DNA of 63,600 bases from Octopus bimaculoides (GCF_001194135.2 NC_068988.1:68038952-68102551), one strand, 5' to 3'. Positions 1 to 11,868 are shown, counted from the stretch's first letter. Numbers and translations: made by a program. Notes: generated by a model from the letters alone, not told the origin.

Positions 1-592
1 ATATATTTATATATATAACAATCATGAATGCTAGACATAATTAATGAGATAAACATCAGATTTATTCATGAATAAATAATGAGTCAGACAAAAGGAAGAA
101 TTGTTGCCTATTTTCATAGAGATCATTCGACACTCGGGAACTACGTAATATTTATGAGTCTATGAAATGTACGTCAAATTGAGAAAAACATACTGTCAAC
201 ATTTTGTCAGTACTTTTATCTCTACTACATAGTGGTGCTGAACTCGGTATTATGTGGTTGGTAAACAAATTTCTTACCACTATGCCACGCATGTATTATT
301 ATATTTAATTCTTTACGTTCTTAACTTTGCTGATTTGGCAATTTATTGCCATATATAAAAAAGGAAGATAGTACTAAGTCTTCTCAGAAAACATTATATA
401 TATATATATATATACATTATATATCTCCAATACCGTTATGATACCGTTACGATACTGGAAATGTTAGAAAGATGAGTAAGGAACGAAATGGGAATTACGA
501 AGTAGTTCACCGAGGGCATTGTGATATAGACTTAAACGTAGATACACGATGTATCCTCTGATTCTTTCTGCTTCTATCTACCAAAGCCACTG

Positions 593-1168
593 AGATCGTT
601 AGCGAATGCCCGAAATTGGCATAACACAAATACAAACGACGACTTGACAATTTGGCAAGAATGATCAATCGGGGGCTCTGTGGAAATTACGGCCTACAAA
701 GAATAAAGATGTGGTATGAGCAAAGTTCAGAAGGAGTTAACTAAAATGGCAACTGCAAAATCCTGTGGGATGTAAAGATACAGTGCGATCACCTGATGAG
801 ACATAGGAGACCGGACGTTGTTGTGGTGAGTAAAGAAGAAAGAACATGTATGATACTGGGCAAAGCATGTCCTGGTCACAACAGGATCAATGTGAAAGAA
901 GAAAAAATTAAACAACTATGACGATTTAAAGTGGGAAATACGAATGTTGTGAACAATGAGGAGAGTAGACATGGTACCAATAGTAATTGGTACGCTTACG
1001 GCTGAAAATGATTGGTGCAAGTGTGAAGGTAGAACATCTAGAAAAATCAGCATTGCTTAGAACTGCAAGAATTCTTCGCAGGGTTTTTTACCATTAAACA
1101 AGTGCCACCTTATTCTGCTGACAGCTGACACTTTCCATTATATCCAGCAAAATAAGCTGTGAGTTTTC

Positions 1169-1169
<1 letters not shown>
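593..1169 (+). mobile_element. R4/Dong-clade non-LTR retrotransposon, 3' fragment (zinc knuckle and restriction-like endonuclease), decayed
   Basis: Manual translation across stops and frameshifts gives IVSECPKLA*HKYKRRLDNLARMI..GLCGNYG, KILWDVKIQCDHLMRHRRPDVVVVSKEERTCMI..ACP, and KSALLRTARILRRVF, typical of the R4/Dong C-terminus. A short 3' UTR follows, then (TAA)n. Confidence 0.85.
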
Positions 1170-1241
<72 letters not shown>

Positions 1242-1250
1242 GATAATAAT
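1170..1250. repeat. (TAA)n microsatellite
   Basis: Directly visible pure run, degenerating at its right end. Confidence 0.97.
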
Positions 1251-1454
1251 TATCCTTTCTACAATAGGCTCAAGAATTGAAATTTTAGCGGTGGGAATCA
1301 GTAGATCCCAATAAGTAACTGGTACTTAATTTATCGACCCCCAAAGAATGAATGGCAAAGATGACCCGGCGGAATTGGAACTCAGAACATGAAGACAGAC
1401 GAAAAACTGCTAAGCATTTCGCCCGGCGTGCTAACTATTCTGCCAGGTTGCCGC
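1251..1454 (-). mobile_element. tRNA-derived SINE, family A
   Basis: The reverse complement has a GGC..CTGGCAGAATAGTTAG A-box-like head, a GAGTTCCAATTCC B-box-like motif and the central CATTCTTTGGGGGTCGATAAATTAAGTACCAG block. It is homologous to the copies at 7605, 30041, 40550 and 55020. Confidence 0.85.
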
Positions 1455-1459
1455 ATTTG

Positions 1460-1525
<66 letters not shown>
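1460..1525. repeat. (TAA)n microsatellite
   Basis: Directly visible pure run. Confidence 0.97.
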
Positions 1526-2085
1526 CTTTTTAACTCAGGTTTTGCTGGAACACCTGGAGTCTTACAAGTGTAGTAGGCTTCATACCTGCTGTCTACGGTA
1601 CCATGGTATCTGTTCTTTTCAGCTAATACTTTCCTGATTAATCTGGTCGTGTCAAGGAGGCAAACATTTTGTAACATTTCAACTGTGAATTCTGTTCCGA
1701 TTTCCTTTACATTCCCCTTGATGCCTTTACCGGGGTCCTTTTGCTAAAGAACCATTTTCCCTGTGGTAATCCTCTTTGGGATTTCCACCCCGTCGTTGAT
1801 CATTTCATCCATTTGCGCAGCTATTCTTTCGCGTAAGTCTTGTAAATTATTCAGCCAGTACTCTTGTACCCTATCCGGACCTGATCATTTCTATTTTGGA
1901 ACTTTCGTTATCACCTCGGTCACTATTTTGGTTGTTATTCTTAACATGTTCTGTTTCACTTCATTTTCATCTCATCTTAATTCAACCATTCGGCATTTTT
2001 CGTATGATTCTTTCATTTTCCCAGATGTTACTCCAAAACTTCCTACTTTCTTCAGCATCAGATTTCTCACTTCTGTAAACCTTTC
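1526..2085 (-). mobile_element. R4/Dong-clade non-LTR retrotransposon, internally deleted
   Basis: The minus strand reads SDAEESRKFWSNIWEN..NAEWL, GPDRVQEYWLNNLQDLRERIAAQMDEMINDGVEIPKRITTGKMVL*QKDPGKG (N-terminal RT region). It then jumps near 1720 to the C-terminal MLQNVCLLDTTRLIRKVL, a 3' UTR and an (ATT)n tail. Confidence 0.82.
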
Positions 2086-2529
2086 TGTTTAGCTGCTAGT
2101 AAACTCTAGGATCCTACAGGAAAAAAATAACTAAGTGGTATTGTCCATTTCTTTGATCATATACAGATATATAGATAGAGAATGCTAAGAGAGGTGCTGG
2201 TGTCACAGTTAGCCACATTGTTTATTTATAAATATAAAGTATATATTGGCAACAGGGATAATATTAATACCAAGAGCTTATATTTATCACCACGTAAACG
2301 AATTTGTTGTATTAGAAAAAAAATTACTGCTGCAGTTACCATGAAAGAAACTGACATATTGGCTTTTTGGTGCAAAATGCACCCCTCCAGTCAGTAGCGA
2401 TCAAGTGACCATCATTGATAGGACCAATCAAGGTCGAAATCACGTAATCTGGTGGTGTCAACGCTGGAGGTAGCGGGTAGAATGAAAAAGAAATAGTTTG
2501 AGAAAAAATTTGATTCTGTATTTTTGTAG

Positions 2530-2603
2530 GGTGTTATATTTGTTATTTCATGAGGAAGAACCAGAAATTGAATAATGCTGGCCCCGACTTTGGTCTCCCG
2601 AAG
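2530..2603 (+). CDS. Candidate internal exon (xCYICYFMRKNQKLNNAGPDFGLPK), product unknown
   Basis: Acceptor TGTATTTTTGTAG at 2517-2529 and donor AAG|GTATGC at 2604. One reading is hydrophobic then basic, like a juxtamembrane segment. No homology recognised. Confidence 0.3.
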
Positions 2604-3300
2604 GTATGCCTAAGGGAGACAATAACAAAACGGCATTAAGCTGAGTTGAGTTACGGCTGCATAAAAAATATCTGCAAGAGTCGCACTTTCAAATCAATCC
2701 TCTGAAAAGAAAAAAATAACGTCAAATCCTGCATTAAACCTAGACAAAAAGAAACTAGCCGCAATTTCATTGACATATTGTATGGTTCCAACGGAGAAAG
2801 TCCTTAGAGCAAAATTTTCTACACTGGCTCAAATTGTCCAGCATAAAACATAATGAAGGTTCATTTGAACCGACACTACATAAAACAATTTTCCGCCATT
2901 TAGACAACAGATGATATAGAGTGACAACACACCTTCACTACAGAGATAAGAGTTACAATTTACAAAATTCGCAACCGAAAAAAGAACGAACTTCAGAAAA
3001 AGCCTACGTAATGAACATAGACTACCTTACACTCGTGGATTTATCAGAAATGTCACTAATTAGCATTTTCTCGTTTTAATCATTTTGAAAATGATTGTAA
3101 AGATAAAGTTTAGTGGAAGCTAGAGCCTTATAGAATATTTCAAGTTATTTCACATTGATTAAGCGATTGCCTCCTTTCATTAAGAAATTGATAAAATTCT
3201 TTATTTGATTGAGTGCATTGATTCTATTCTCTCTTTTATGTCTTTTAACTGAAATACAAAAATCCATTTAACATAAAATTGAAAACAAACAAGCAGCTTG

Positions 3301-3421
3301 CCAATAGATTCAAAACGGAGAACAAAACAAAAAACCCGTTAAAACATAAAAAGCAAATAAAAATGTTGTGCTTTGTGAAACAGCTCAGACCAATAGGCAA
3401 CATATGGAAAAGTCACGTGAT
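3301..3421 (+). promoter_or_regulatory. Possible CCAAT / E-box motif cluster
   Basis: CCAAT at 3301 and 3390 and GTCACGTGA at 3412-3420; another CACGTG at 3664. Short motifs only. Confidence 0.15.
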
Positions 3422-3874
3422 TACCACTTGATAGAAACGGTATAAATAGGAGACGGAAAGCATCAAAAAGCAAAGAAAGAAATAGTACAAACTCAGATTT
3501 ATAAACTTTACAGAAGTTTTATTTTGACACATATTTTTAAAATAAATAAATAAGTCAAGAATGTTTAAATATAACATGAAAATAAGGAAATAAGAGTATT
3601 GATCTTTGCATATAAGTAGGAGGTCAACGTTGAAGAAAAGATTAGAGAGCGTATGAGATCGCACACGTGTAAGACTGTTGCTTGTATTATTTAATAAAGC
3701 CACTAACTTATGGAGAATTTAGTGAACAACGTGTCAGAAATTGCACACATCTTCTCTCACACTTCTACACAAAATCTTAGGGATTTGTTAGAGAAATCAA
3801 TGGCAGCTCTTCATCGCTTTCTTTAACGTCGATATCAGAAATTACAAATAATAATAATGTTAATGAGGAAGCAG

Positions 3875-3955
3875 AGGAGAAAGATGACTATGATAACGGC
3901 TACGACGACGATGATGACAATGACGACGACGATGATGGCTATAATGATGATGAAC
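3875..3955. repeat. Degenerate (GAT/GAC)n microsatellite
   Basis: GATGAC/GACGAT runs are directly visible. Confidence 0.8.
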
Positions 3956-4281
3956 TCATAAATCAATTTACTGTGCCAATACATTTTTGATGTCATATAT
4001 TATATAGTTCCTACTTAATGTAACGCTATGGATTCATTGCTGTTGAAAACTACCTAAGAAATACTTATAAGTAATAAATAAATAAATAGATAAATAAATG
4101 AACCTTGCTTTATTGTCATTGAAACAGAATGAAAATCGACCAACGTGAAGATATGTGAGTGATCTGCAACGTTTAACGAAGAACTGTGTGCTATAAACGA
4201 AACAAGAAAATAGTTATATTAATATATTTTTAAATAATTTTATTTTTTCTCCTCTCCCGAAAATAATTTCTTTGGATGCAG

Positions 4282-4339
4282 CAAATGGTGTAGATCCACT
4301 CGTTAATGATAAATCTTTATACAATGTTGAGTCACCTAT
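4282..4339 (+). CDS. Candidate short exon (xNGVDPLVNDKSLYNVESP)
   Basis: Pyrimidine tract plus ..GGATGCAG acceptor, and donor T|GTATGC. It is open in phase 1 to 2 and phase-compatible with 5628-5677. Confidence 0.2.
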
Positions 4340-5627
4340 GTATGCCTTGAAAAGGGAGAGAGAGACTGGATCACTTTAATTTGTTGAAAATATTTACTGC
4401 ATCGTTCATATAACTGCTTAAATCTGAACAGAATCTGTTCAAAACATAAAACAAAGCAAATCGCTGATGTGAACTTAGGTTTGCTGTTCAGTTGATGTAG
4501 GTCTAAACAACAACGACAATAATAATCACAAGAACAGCAATAAGAGTTATAGCAATAAATCTGAAGCTAAACTAAGTTTTATAAGATTATCCATATCGGA
4601 TAGAAATACTTGAAAACACTCTAGAAAGGAGAGAAGAAAACTAAAAAAAATGTAGTTAATTATAAGAAGAAATATAAATTAAATATGTCAGAGATTTACT
4701 TAGGATCTGAAGTACATAAATCCACTTCTATAAGTTTCTAACTTGGTACGTTTTAAACCTTTAACAAGTTGTGTACTTATATGCTGGAGTAGTGTTACAC
4801 AATAATTATAGAGTGAGAATCAATACATATACAGACGAGCAGAAACTCATATTTCTTTTTACTATGTTCATTGAATCGCTGAATTTTGAAAATATTTTTA
4901 TAGATTTTTCGCAAGATGTTATTGAAATAATTCAATTTCATCGGCAAACAGAGATGAATGAATTAGTTTGTTTTATTTTATTTCCTTTTTGACACGTAAC
5001 TTCCAATACAAAATTCCCATACGGCATATAACTATCATCTCATTGCATTTGTTTGTTAAATTAACCTTGCCATGAGGTTATTGAGAAAGCTAATTAAAGA
5101 TAATTAGTATAGTTTGTAAACCTTTGTAACAAACAGAAATATCTCGTAAACTGAATAAAATAAAATAGAATAATTAATTACTAATAAACATCAATCAACT
5201 ACAAGAAAACCAAAATTAAATAGAATATTATGTAATTTGTCATTAATAATCAAAGTATTTGAAATTTTAAGGAAGAATATTTCCCTCCGTGTGTATTTTG
5301 TTGAAATCTTGATAATAAATGCACACAAGCTAAATACAAAACATGGATATTCAGTGTCAAGACTGCTAACGTCTGTTTCAGAGATTATAGTAATTACACG
5401 AATGTGATAGACAACAACTTTAATACTCTCGGCATATCTCTAACACAAGACTTTGTCATTATCCAAACTGATTGCTATACACTAGTATTGACTAGTCTCC
5501 TCCTGCTTTCAAGATGGAGAAATCACGTTATTCAATTAGAAATATGTATTATTATCAAGTTGTTTCTATTCCTTTCTTCTATATTACATTCTTGTTGCTG
5601 TCATCGTTTTTAACACTTTACCTTCAG

Positions 5628-5677
5628 GCATAATTTAATTATATTTGAAGCTGTTTCATTACCCTGGCAGACTGGAG
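5628..5677 (+). CDS. Candidate short exon (xHNLIIFEAVSLPWQTG)
   Basis: Strong acceptor TTTACCTTCAG and strong donor GAG|GTAAGA. Only one frame is open (phase 2 to 1). It could equally be a UTR or lncRNA exon. Confidence 0.3.
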
Positions 5678-6545
5678 GTAAGAAACGTCAAATTCAACAT
5701 TGTTTAAACATAATTATATTTATTATGGATGTGAACGATTTTATTAAAAAAAATATCCCATCAATTCAATTAATATATAATAAAACCAAAAGACGTAAAG
5801 AAGTTAAATAAGATTTAAATACAGAACAACTCATAACTATTCTGAGTGCAGTGTAGTGCTGACTATGAAATGCACTTATAGTAAACTTATTATGTCTGTC
5901 CAATAATGAGCTAGAAGTTTGAGACTTGTCGCTAAGCTATCCAAATTTTTTGTCTTACGCATATATCATCTTTATGTTGAATGATATAATCTGGAAGTGA
6001 TCATAGATTATTTTGCTAATCTATATTCCTAGTTAGGTGTCCATCATTTATAGGCAACATATTTCGATGTAAGTCTGAAGTTTTCTAGATGCTGAGGAAT
6101 GCTATCTTATTTCTGATAGTCTCTGGTCACTTCCTGCCAACAATTTCCTCCTATGTTTAATATCAGCACTAGTCATTTTGAGCAAGGAATACTAAATTCG
6201 AATCTTACTATGGCTTAGATTAGTGAATTATGTACTGTGATAGGCGGATTATCATTATGTTGTTTGAAACAATTCTTTGAATTCAGCAATAGTTAAGTTT
6301 TTCTATATATGTAGGAAATCATTTATCATGCTACATTCACTAAGTGATAAGCATTCAAACCATTTTTCTTTGGCGCTTTTGAATATAACACATAGATATA
6401 TTGTTGTCACGGGTTCTGTCTTTCTGCGTCGAATATTGTGCAAGCACCTTCTACCATAATTGATCAAAGAAATACGCTTCGCTGTTGTTCGGTGATCATC
6501 GCAATCATTTGCTTAGTTTCGCACCATCATCTTGTTCGTTCGTAG

Positions 6546-6568
6546 ATTATAACGAAGTGAATTCTAAT
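6546..6568 (+). CDS. Candidate micro-exon (DYNEVNSN)
   Basis: Acceptor TCTTGTTCGTTCGTAG and donor T|GTAAGC; phase 1 to 0, compatible with the previous candidate. Confidence 0.15.
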
Positions 6569-6949
6569 GTAAGCATTCGGGTATGACCTATATTCTGATG
6601 ATAATTTCTTCTCGTCTTATACGCCACTCGGATGCCCAGAAGTGACTTCCCCACTGGAACATTAAGATCAAGATCATATACAAAACTGCATGAAGAGTCT
6701 CCAGTTGTTTTTAACGATTTCTAAAAGCAAAACTTTCATTTCAAACAACTTGATCAAAATATGTTGTCAAAAATATAGAGCCATTTTATACAGCAATATG
6801 ATAATTTGAGGTGAATATTTTGACTTGAGCTTAGTCACTATTATGAAAACAGAAACCAGCCATCGTTCAGGAAATAATAGTTACAACTATGTTTGTGATC
6901 ACCAGAATTATGATCTGCATAGTGTATGCATATAACACTTCTGAAATGA

Positions 6950-6952
<3 letters not shown>

Positions 6953-7031
<79 letters not shown>

Positions 7032-7052
7032 ACACACACATACACACACACA
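6953..7052. repeat. (CA)n microsatellite
   Basis: Directly visible. Confidence 0.97.
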
Positions 7053-7604
7053 TGCACAGAAACGCTCGTGCATGACGTATGTATGTACATATAATTTTGG
7101 CGATATTTTATTACTTCGTTTCATCACTGTTGTCGTTTGTGCTAATATGCTAGTCAATTGTTGTCAAGATGTTTTATTACAAGCATTCTAGCCATGCCCG
7201 TCCCATCCTTCTCTCGGACATTCTATAACTACAATTAATCTATATACTGTTCATATTCTCTTTTGAAAACGATATGTCTTAATTTTTGGCAGTTTGACTT
7301 CTATTTCTAACAAAATAATGAGCACAGATAGACGCTTCTTTTGATAATTATTTTCAGTTCGTCAAGCATTGTTGACTTTTGTAGCAATTATATTTGTGTA
7401 GATAATTTGTGTTGCTAGCAAAGTGGAGTAATGCAACCGTGATAATCGTAGATGTTGATAGGAAAAATAGGGCATGTGAAACAAAGTTTCATAACGGATC
7501 AAAGCCAAATCGCAGCAGAGTCGCACAAATGTATTGTAGTTATAAACGCAGCGATGTCACATTTGAAGATATCAATTTTAAATTATTATTAATACATTAG
7601 TTAA

Positions 7605-7835
7605 GGCGGTGAGCTGGCAGAAACATTAGCCCGCCGGGCGAAATACTTAACAGTATTTCGTCTGACTTTACGTTCTAAGTTCAAATTCCGCCGAGGTTGA
7701 CTTTGCCTTTGCCTTTAATCCTTTTGGGGTCGATAAATTTAGTAGCAGTTGCATACTTGGGTCGATCCAATCGACTGTCCCCGTCTATAAAAAATTCGGG
7801 CTTTGTGCCTAGAGTAGAAAAGATTAGTATATTAT
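7605..7835 (+). mobile_element. tRNA-derived SINE, family A, near full length
   Basis: GGCGGTGAGCTGGCAGAAACATTAG head, AAGTTCAAATTCC B-box, ATCCTTTTGGGGTCGATAAA central block, and an ATT-rich tail after GTAGAAAAG. Confidence 0.9.
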
Positions 7836-8054
7836 TAATAATAGCAAATAAGATTGTTGAATCCGATCGAAACCTTATATTCCGAAACGGAATTTAGTTT
7901 CATCCAAAATTTTTTTTTTTTAGCTTCATCGAAATTCGAATTAATATACCAGTAATTAAATGTACCAGTGTGAAAAAGATTACCTTCCAGATAAAAATGT
8001 AGTAGGATCATGATTTATGGTACCTAAAATAGTCAACAAGTTGGTAGAAAATAT

Positions 8055-8165
8055 TGGCAGACACGTGCATAGAAAAGATTGCTAATTTTGCATTTGCTTC
8101 TGACTTTGAGTTCAAATACCGACGATATTATACTCCTTTCGGGATCTATAAATAAAGTACCACTT
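8055..8165 (+). mobile_element. Family A SINE, old degenerate copy
   Basis: TTGGCAGA..GAGTTCAAATACCG..CCTTTCGGGATCTATAAATAAAGTACCA aligns with the 7605 copy. Confidence 0.55.
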
Positions 8166-9545
8166 ATTTCTTCTCCTTCCGTTCTTCTGTTTAGGGAAGA
8201 AATCTGCAATAGTTAGACCTAGTGAGGGACGAGCCTTCTTAGGTCTAAAAACACACAATGTATGTCACAACAATGCCCCTGCAACATGATCAGTACTGTG
8301 TCGAAGCTAAGGGATTTAAAAATGTCATACTCCCACGAATATTAATTTTCACAAACTTATTCACATTGAATTAGGATCTGTAAAAGAAATGCGACTCCGT
8401 TTGCTACGTTGAATATAAAGTTAACATTGAAATAGTTACAAATATTTCAATTGTTAGATTAATTCTCAATCAACCAAATAGACGATGATTTCTATAGTCT
8501 ACTCTATGCTTTTTAAAGTTCTTCGTCAGTTGACATTCAACAGCTTAATGCCACTTCTCGAAATAATCCAGCAAGGTGAAAATGTACTTAGCTTTGTGAA
8601 ATATTCGTAATAAGCCAGCTTTGAAAATTATCGAATTTCCATTATTTCACAGCTGCGGTGATTAGCCTTCCTGTGTTGTCATAAAACATGGAAACTGTGG
8701 GTACATTTGCTATTACATTACCTTATTTCCTATGTGGGCGCTATTTCAAATGGCTGATAATACTGACATTGTTATAATCTTCGTGTCTATTAATGACACT
8801 ATTAAAATATATAGACTTAATCTTTGTTTATGCTAATGGCTACCACATATTAAGTAGATCCCTAAGGACACCAATACGTTCTATCATACACCCATTCTTA
8901 CCTAAGCTAAATTAGATGGAAAATTAATTACCTGCTAGTTCCTGCTTCCCTAATGGACACATACTTTATCGTTGCTTCTTAAATACGCTAAAATTAATGG
9001 AAGTAATTAACAAACATCATTATTATTACAAATGCTAATCAAATAAACGCAGCAGGAAATAATAAGCTAGTGCTGAGTATAAGGAGATCTCTTGAGAAAC
9101 AGTGAAGCCCAAACATATAAGCGTGAAAACAATAAGAGCAATAATAAATATATATACACGCACACACACAAACATACCTACTTATACGTGTAAATACATT
9201 TTTGTGGGTGTGTGTGTGCGTATGTGTGTGTGTGTAGGTGTGTGTTTTGTGTGTATGTGTGTCTACCTGCGTGGAGTAGTGGTTCCGCTGTTGCACTTAT
9301 GATAATAAGATTGTTGTTTCCTGAACCGGGCGATGCGTTGTGTTTTTCAGCAAAACATTCCATTTCACGTTGGTCCAGACCATCCAGTGGGTATATATGA
9401 ATAATCTAGGAACGGACCGGAATTTTCATGCTGGGTGGGGATAAATGACAGAATCCAGGAAACGGGCCTATGTTTGTATACATAAAAATATATATAAGTA
9501 TACATATGTACGTATATATATATATATATATAATTTGAAGAAAAA

Positions 9546-9646
9546 CAACAAAAATTCGTCAGGTTATAGCAGTACGGACGTTTCGTACAAACTTTTGAAG
9601 TTCGTACGAAACGTACGTACTACTATAACCTAATGAATTTTTGTTG
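9546..9646. repeat. Foldback hairpin, 49-bp arms, 3-nt loop
   Basis: 9546-9594 versus the reverse complement of 9598-9646 match at 44 of 49 positions. Confidence 0.92.
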
Positions 9647-9992
9647 CTTTTGTTCAAGTTTTATTCACCAAATCTCTTGATTTTGTTTTGGGTTTTTACC
9701 CTACCAAATTCTGGTGCCTCAAATATTTTAAGTACCACACTTGATCTTTTGATTAAATCTATATTATATATATATATATNNNNNNNNNNNNNNNNNNNNN
9801 NNNNNNNNNNNNNNNNNNNNNNNNNNNNNNNNNNNNNNNNNNNNNNNNNNNNNNNNNNNNNNNNNNNNNNNNNNNNNNNNNNNNNNNNNNNNNNNNNNNN
9901 NNNNNNNNNNNNNNNNNNNNNNNNNNNNNNNNNNNNNNNNNNNNNNNNNNNNNNNNNNNNNNNNNNNNNNNNNNNNNNNNNNNNNNNNNNNN

Positions 9993-10598
9993 CCACTAAT
10001 GTATTACCTTACCTTACTATTAACATATTGCTTTTTGTGGTAAATGAGTAGTTTTCACTCTTATTTCCGCAATGTTGGTACTACTTTGTACCCTTGTCAC
10101 TTTAGTGACATTTATAGATTTGCCTTTAGGTTTTGAATTGCAAACAAGCCACCTACATTATTAATAGTTTACACTTCCACCGTTTTGAAACAGCAGATGC
10201 TTCCAACGAGACGGTTTGAGCTTAACCTTAGGCGAAGTAAGTTCCACTACTCTAGATTTCTATTAATATTTACCTTCCCCCCACTAATGTATTACCTTAC
10301 CTTACTATTAACATATTGCTTTTTGTGGTAAATGAGTTGTTTTCACTCTTATTTCCGCAATGTTGGTACTACTTTGTACCCTTGTCACTTTAGTGACATT
10401 TATAGATTTGCCTTTAGGTTTTGAATTGCAAACAAGCCACCTACATTATTAATAGTTTACACTTCCACCGTTTTGAAACAGCACATGCTTCCAACGAGAC
10501 GGTTTGAGCTTAACCTTAGGCGAAGTAAGTTCCACTACTCTAGATTTCTATTAATATTTACCTTCCCCCCACTAATGTATTACCTTACCTTACTATTA
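9993..10598. repeat. Tandem duplication, 288-bp unit x about 2.1
   Basis: CCACTAATGTATTACC starts at 9993, 10281 and 10569. I found two substitutions between the full copies. The array abuts an N-gap. Confidence 0.9.
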
Positions 10599-11868
10599 TT
10601 TACCTAGTTATCTTTTATTTATTTTTTAATTTAATATATACATAGATATATATATTTTTTCAAACCTTTATATAAAAAAAAAACATATTTGCTATTTATA
10701 ATAACTTTTCTTTATAATTTCTATTAATTTTATTCCCTACATGAATTAACTACCGTATTTACCTCCCCTTGACAACTATATTTTTGCATAAACAAGCATG
10801 TTATCCCCTAAACTAAAAATATATTTAAAAACATTTCTTTGATATAAGAGATTTTTCCTTGCTCTCTTATTTATACACATAACATATTAACACTATACGT
10901 TTATTTTGTTTGTTTATTTATTTATTTTATTTTACATTGCACACACGAGCATTTTATCCCTTAAATTTTAAGATAACTACACAATTTTCTCTTTGATATT
11001 AGAATGTTTTCCTTGCGCACTTATTTATACAAAAACAGCATCTCCTTCTTAATTTTGTTTGCTTCTTTTCTGATTTATTTATTACATTTTAGATAATAAT
11101 CCTTAAATGAACGAAACACTACTCATTTAAAAAATATGACCAATAGACTCTCTTTTACTTATTTGCTAATACAAAATAAATTTAGGGTGCCAGTTTTTTT
11201 ACTAAAGTATGTACGTATAATAAATTCATTTTTATTTATTTATTCACTATTGTATTTGTATTTTTATTTTCTTTGAACCCTACTTGAACATAAGTAAATT
11301 TTTGCGTTTGGATCTAAGTAGTAACATATTACTTGCACATAAATATATTCATACAATTTTTTGCATGCGGTTTTTATGCAGAAATTTACGTGTATTTAAT
11401 ATGTATGTGCGCGTAAATATATGTAGGTATATGTGGAAGATGAGATTTAAGTGCTCATTTATTTTTATTTTATATATTTTATGTATTTCTATATGTATAA
11501 ATATTTGAATGTATTTATATTCATATATGTATTCAAATATATATATAAATCTATCTATAACCCCGTCAATTTCTTATCTTTACTTAAGAATTTATATACC
11601 GATATTACTTAAATTTTTGTAAACATATTTACCCCAGTATTATTAAATACACGTTTAATTATTATATATTGTTTATCTCTATATTTTTTAATGGTTACCC
11701 AGAGAATATAATATATAATATATTTTATATTTATTTTTTAAAATAAACTTCCTTACCCCTCTTTATATGGCCTATATACCAAACTTTACTATAAAACAAT
11801 ACTCGGCTGAAATGCTGCGTACACTTAACACATAAAACATAAAATGTAATAGTATATCTTTTTTCAAA

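Noticed and set aside
3875-3955. Acidic poly-Asp peptide
   Set aside because: A degenerate trinucleotide microsatellite with no surrounding ORF or splice sites.
4215-4335. Alternative minus-strand exon GDSTLYKDLSLTSGSTPF..
   Set aside because: It has an acceptor but no donor, and its 3' half is low-complexity AT sequence; the + strand reading fits neighbouring candidates better.
10600-11860. Possible mitochondrial control-region insertion
   Set aside because: No mitochondrial tRNA, rRNA or protein-coding sequence is recognisable nearby.
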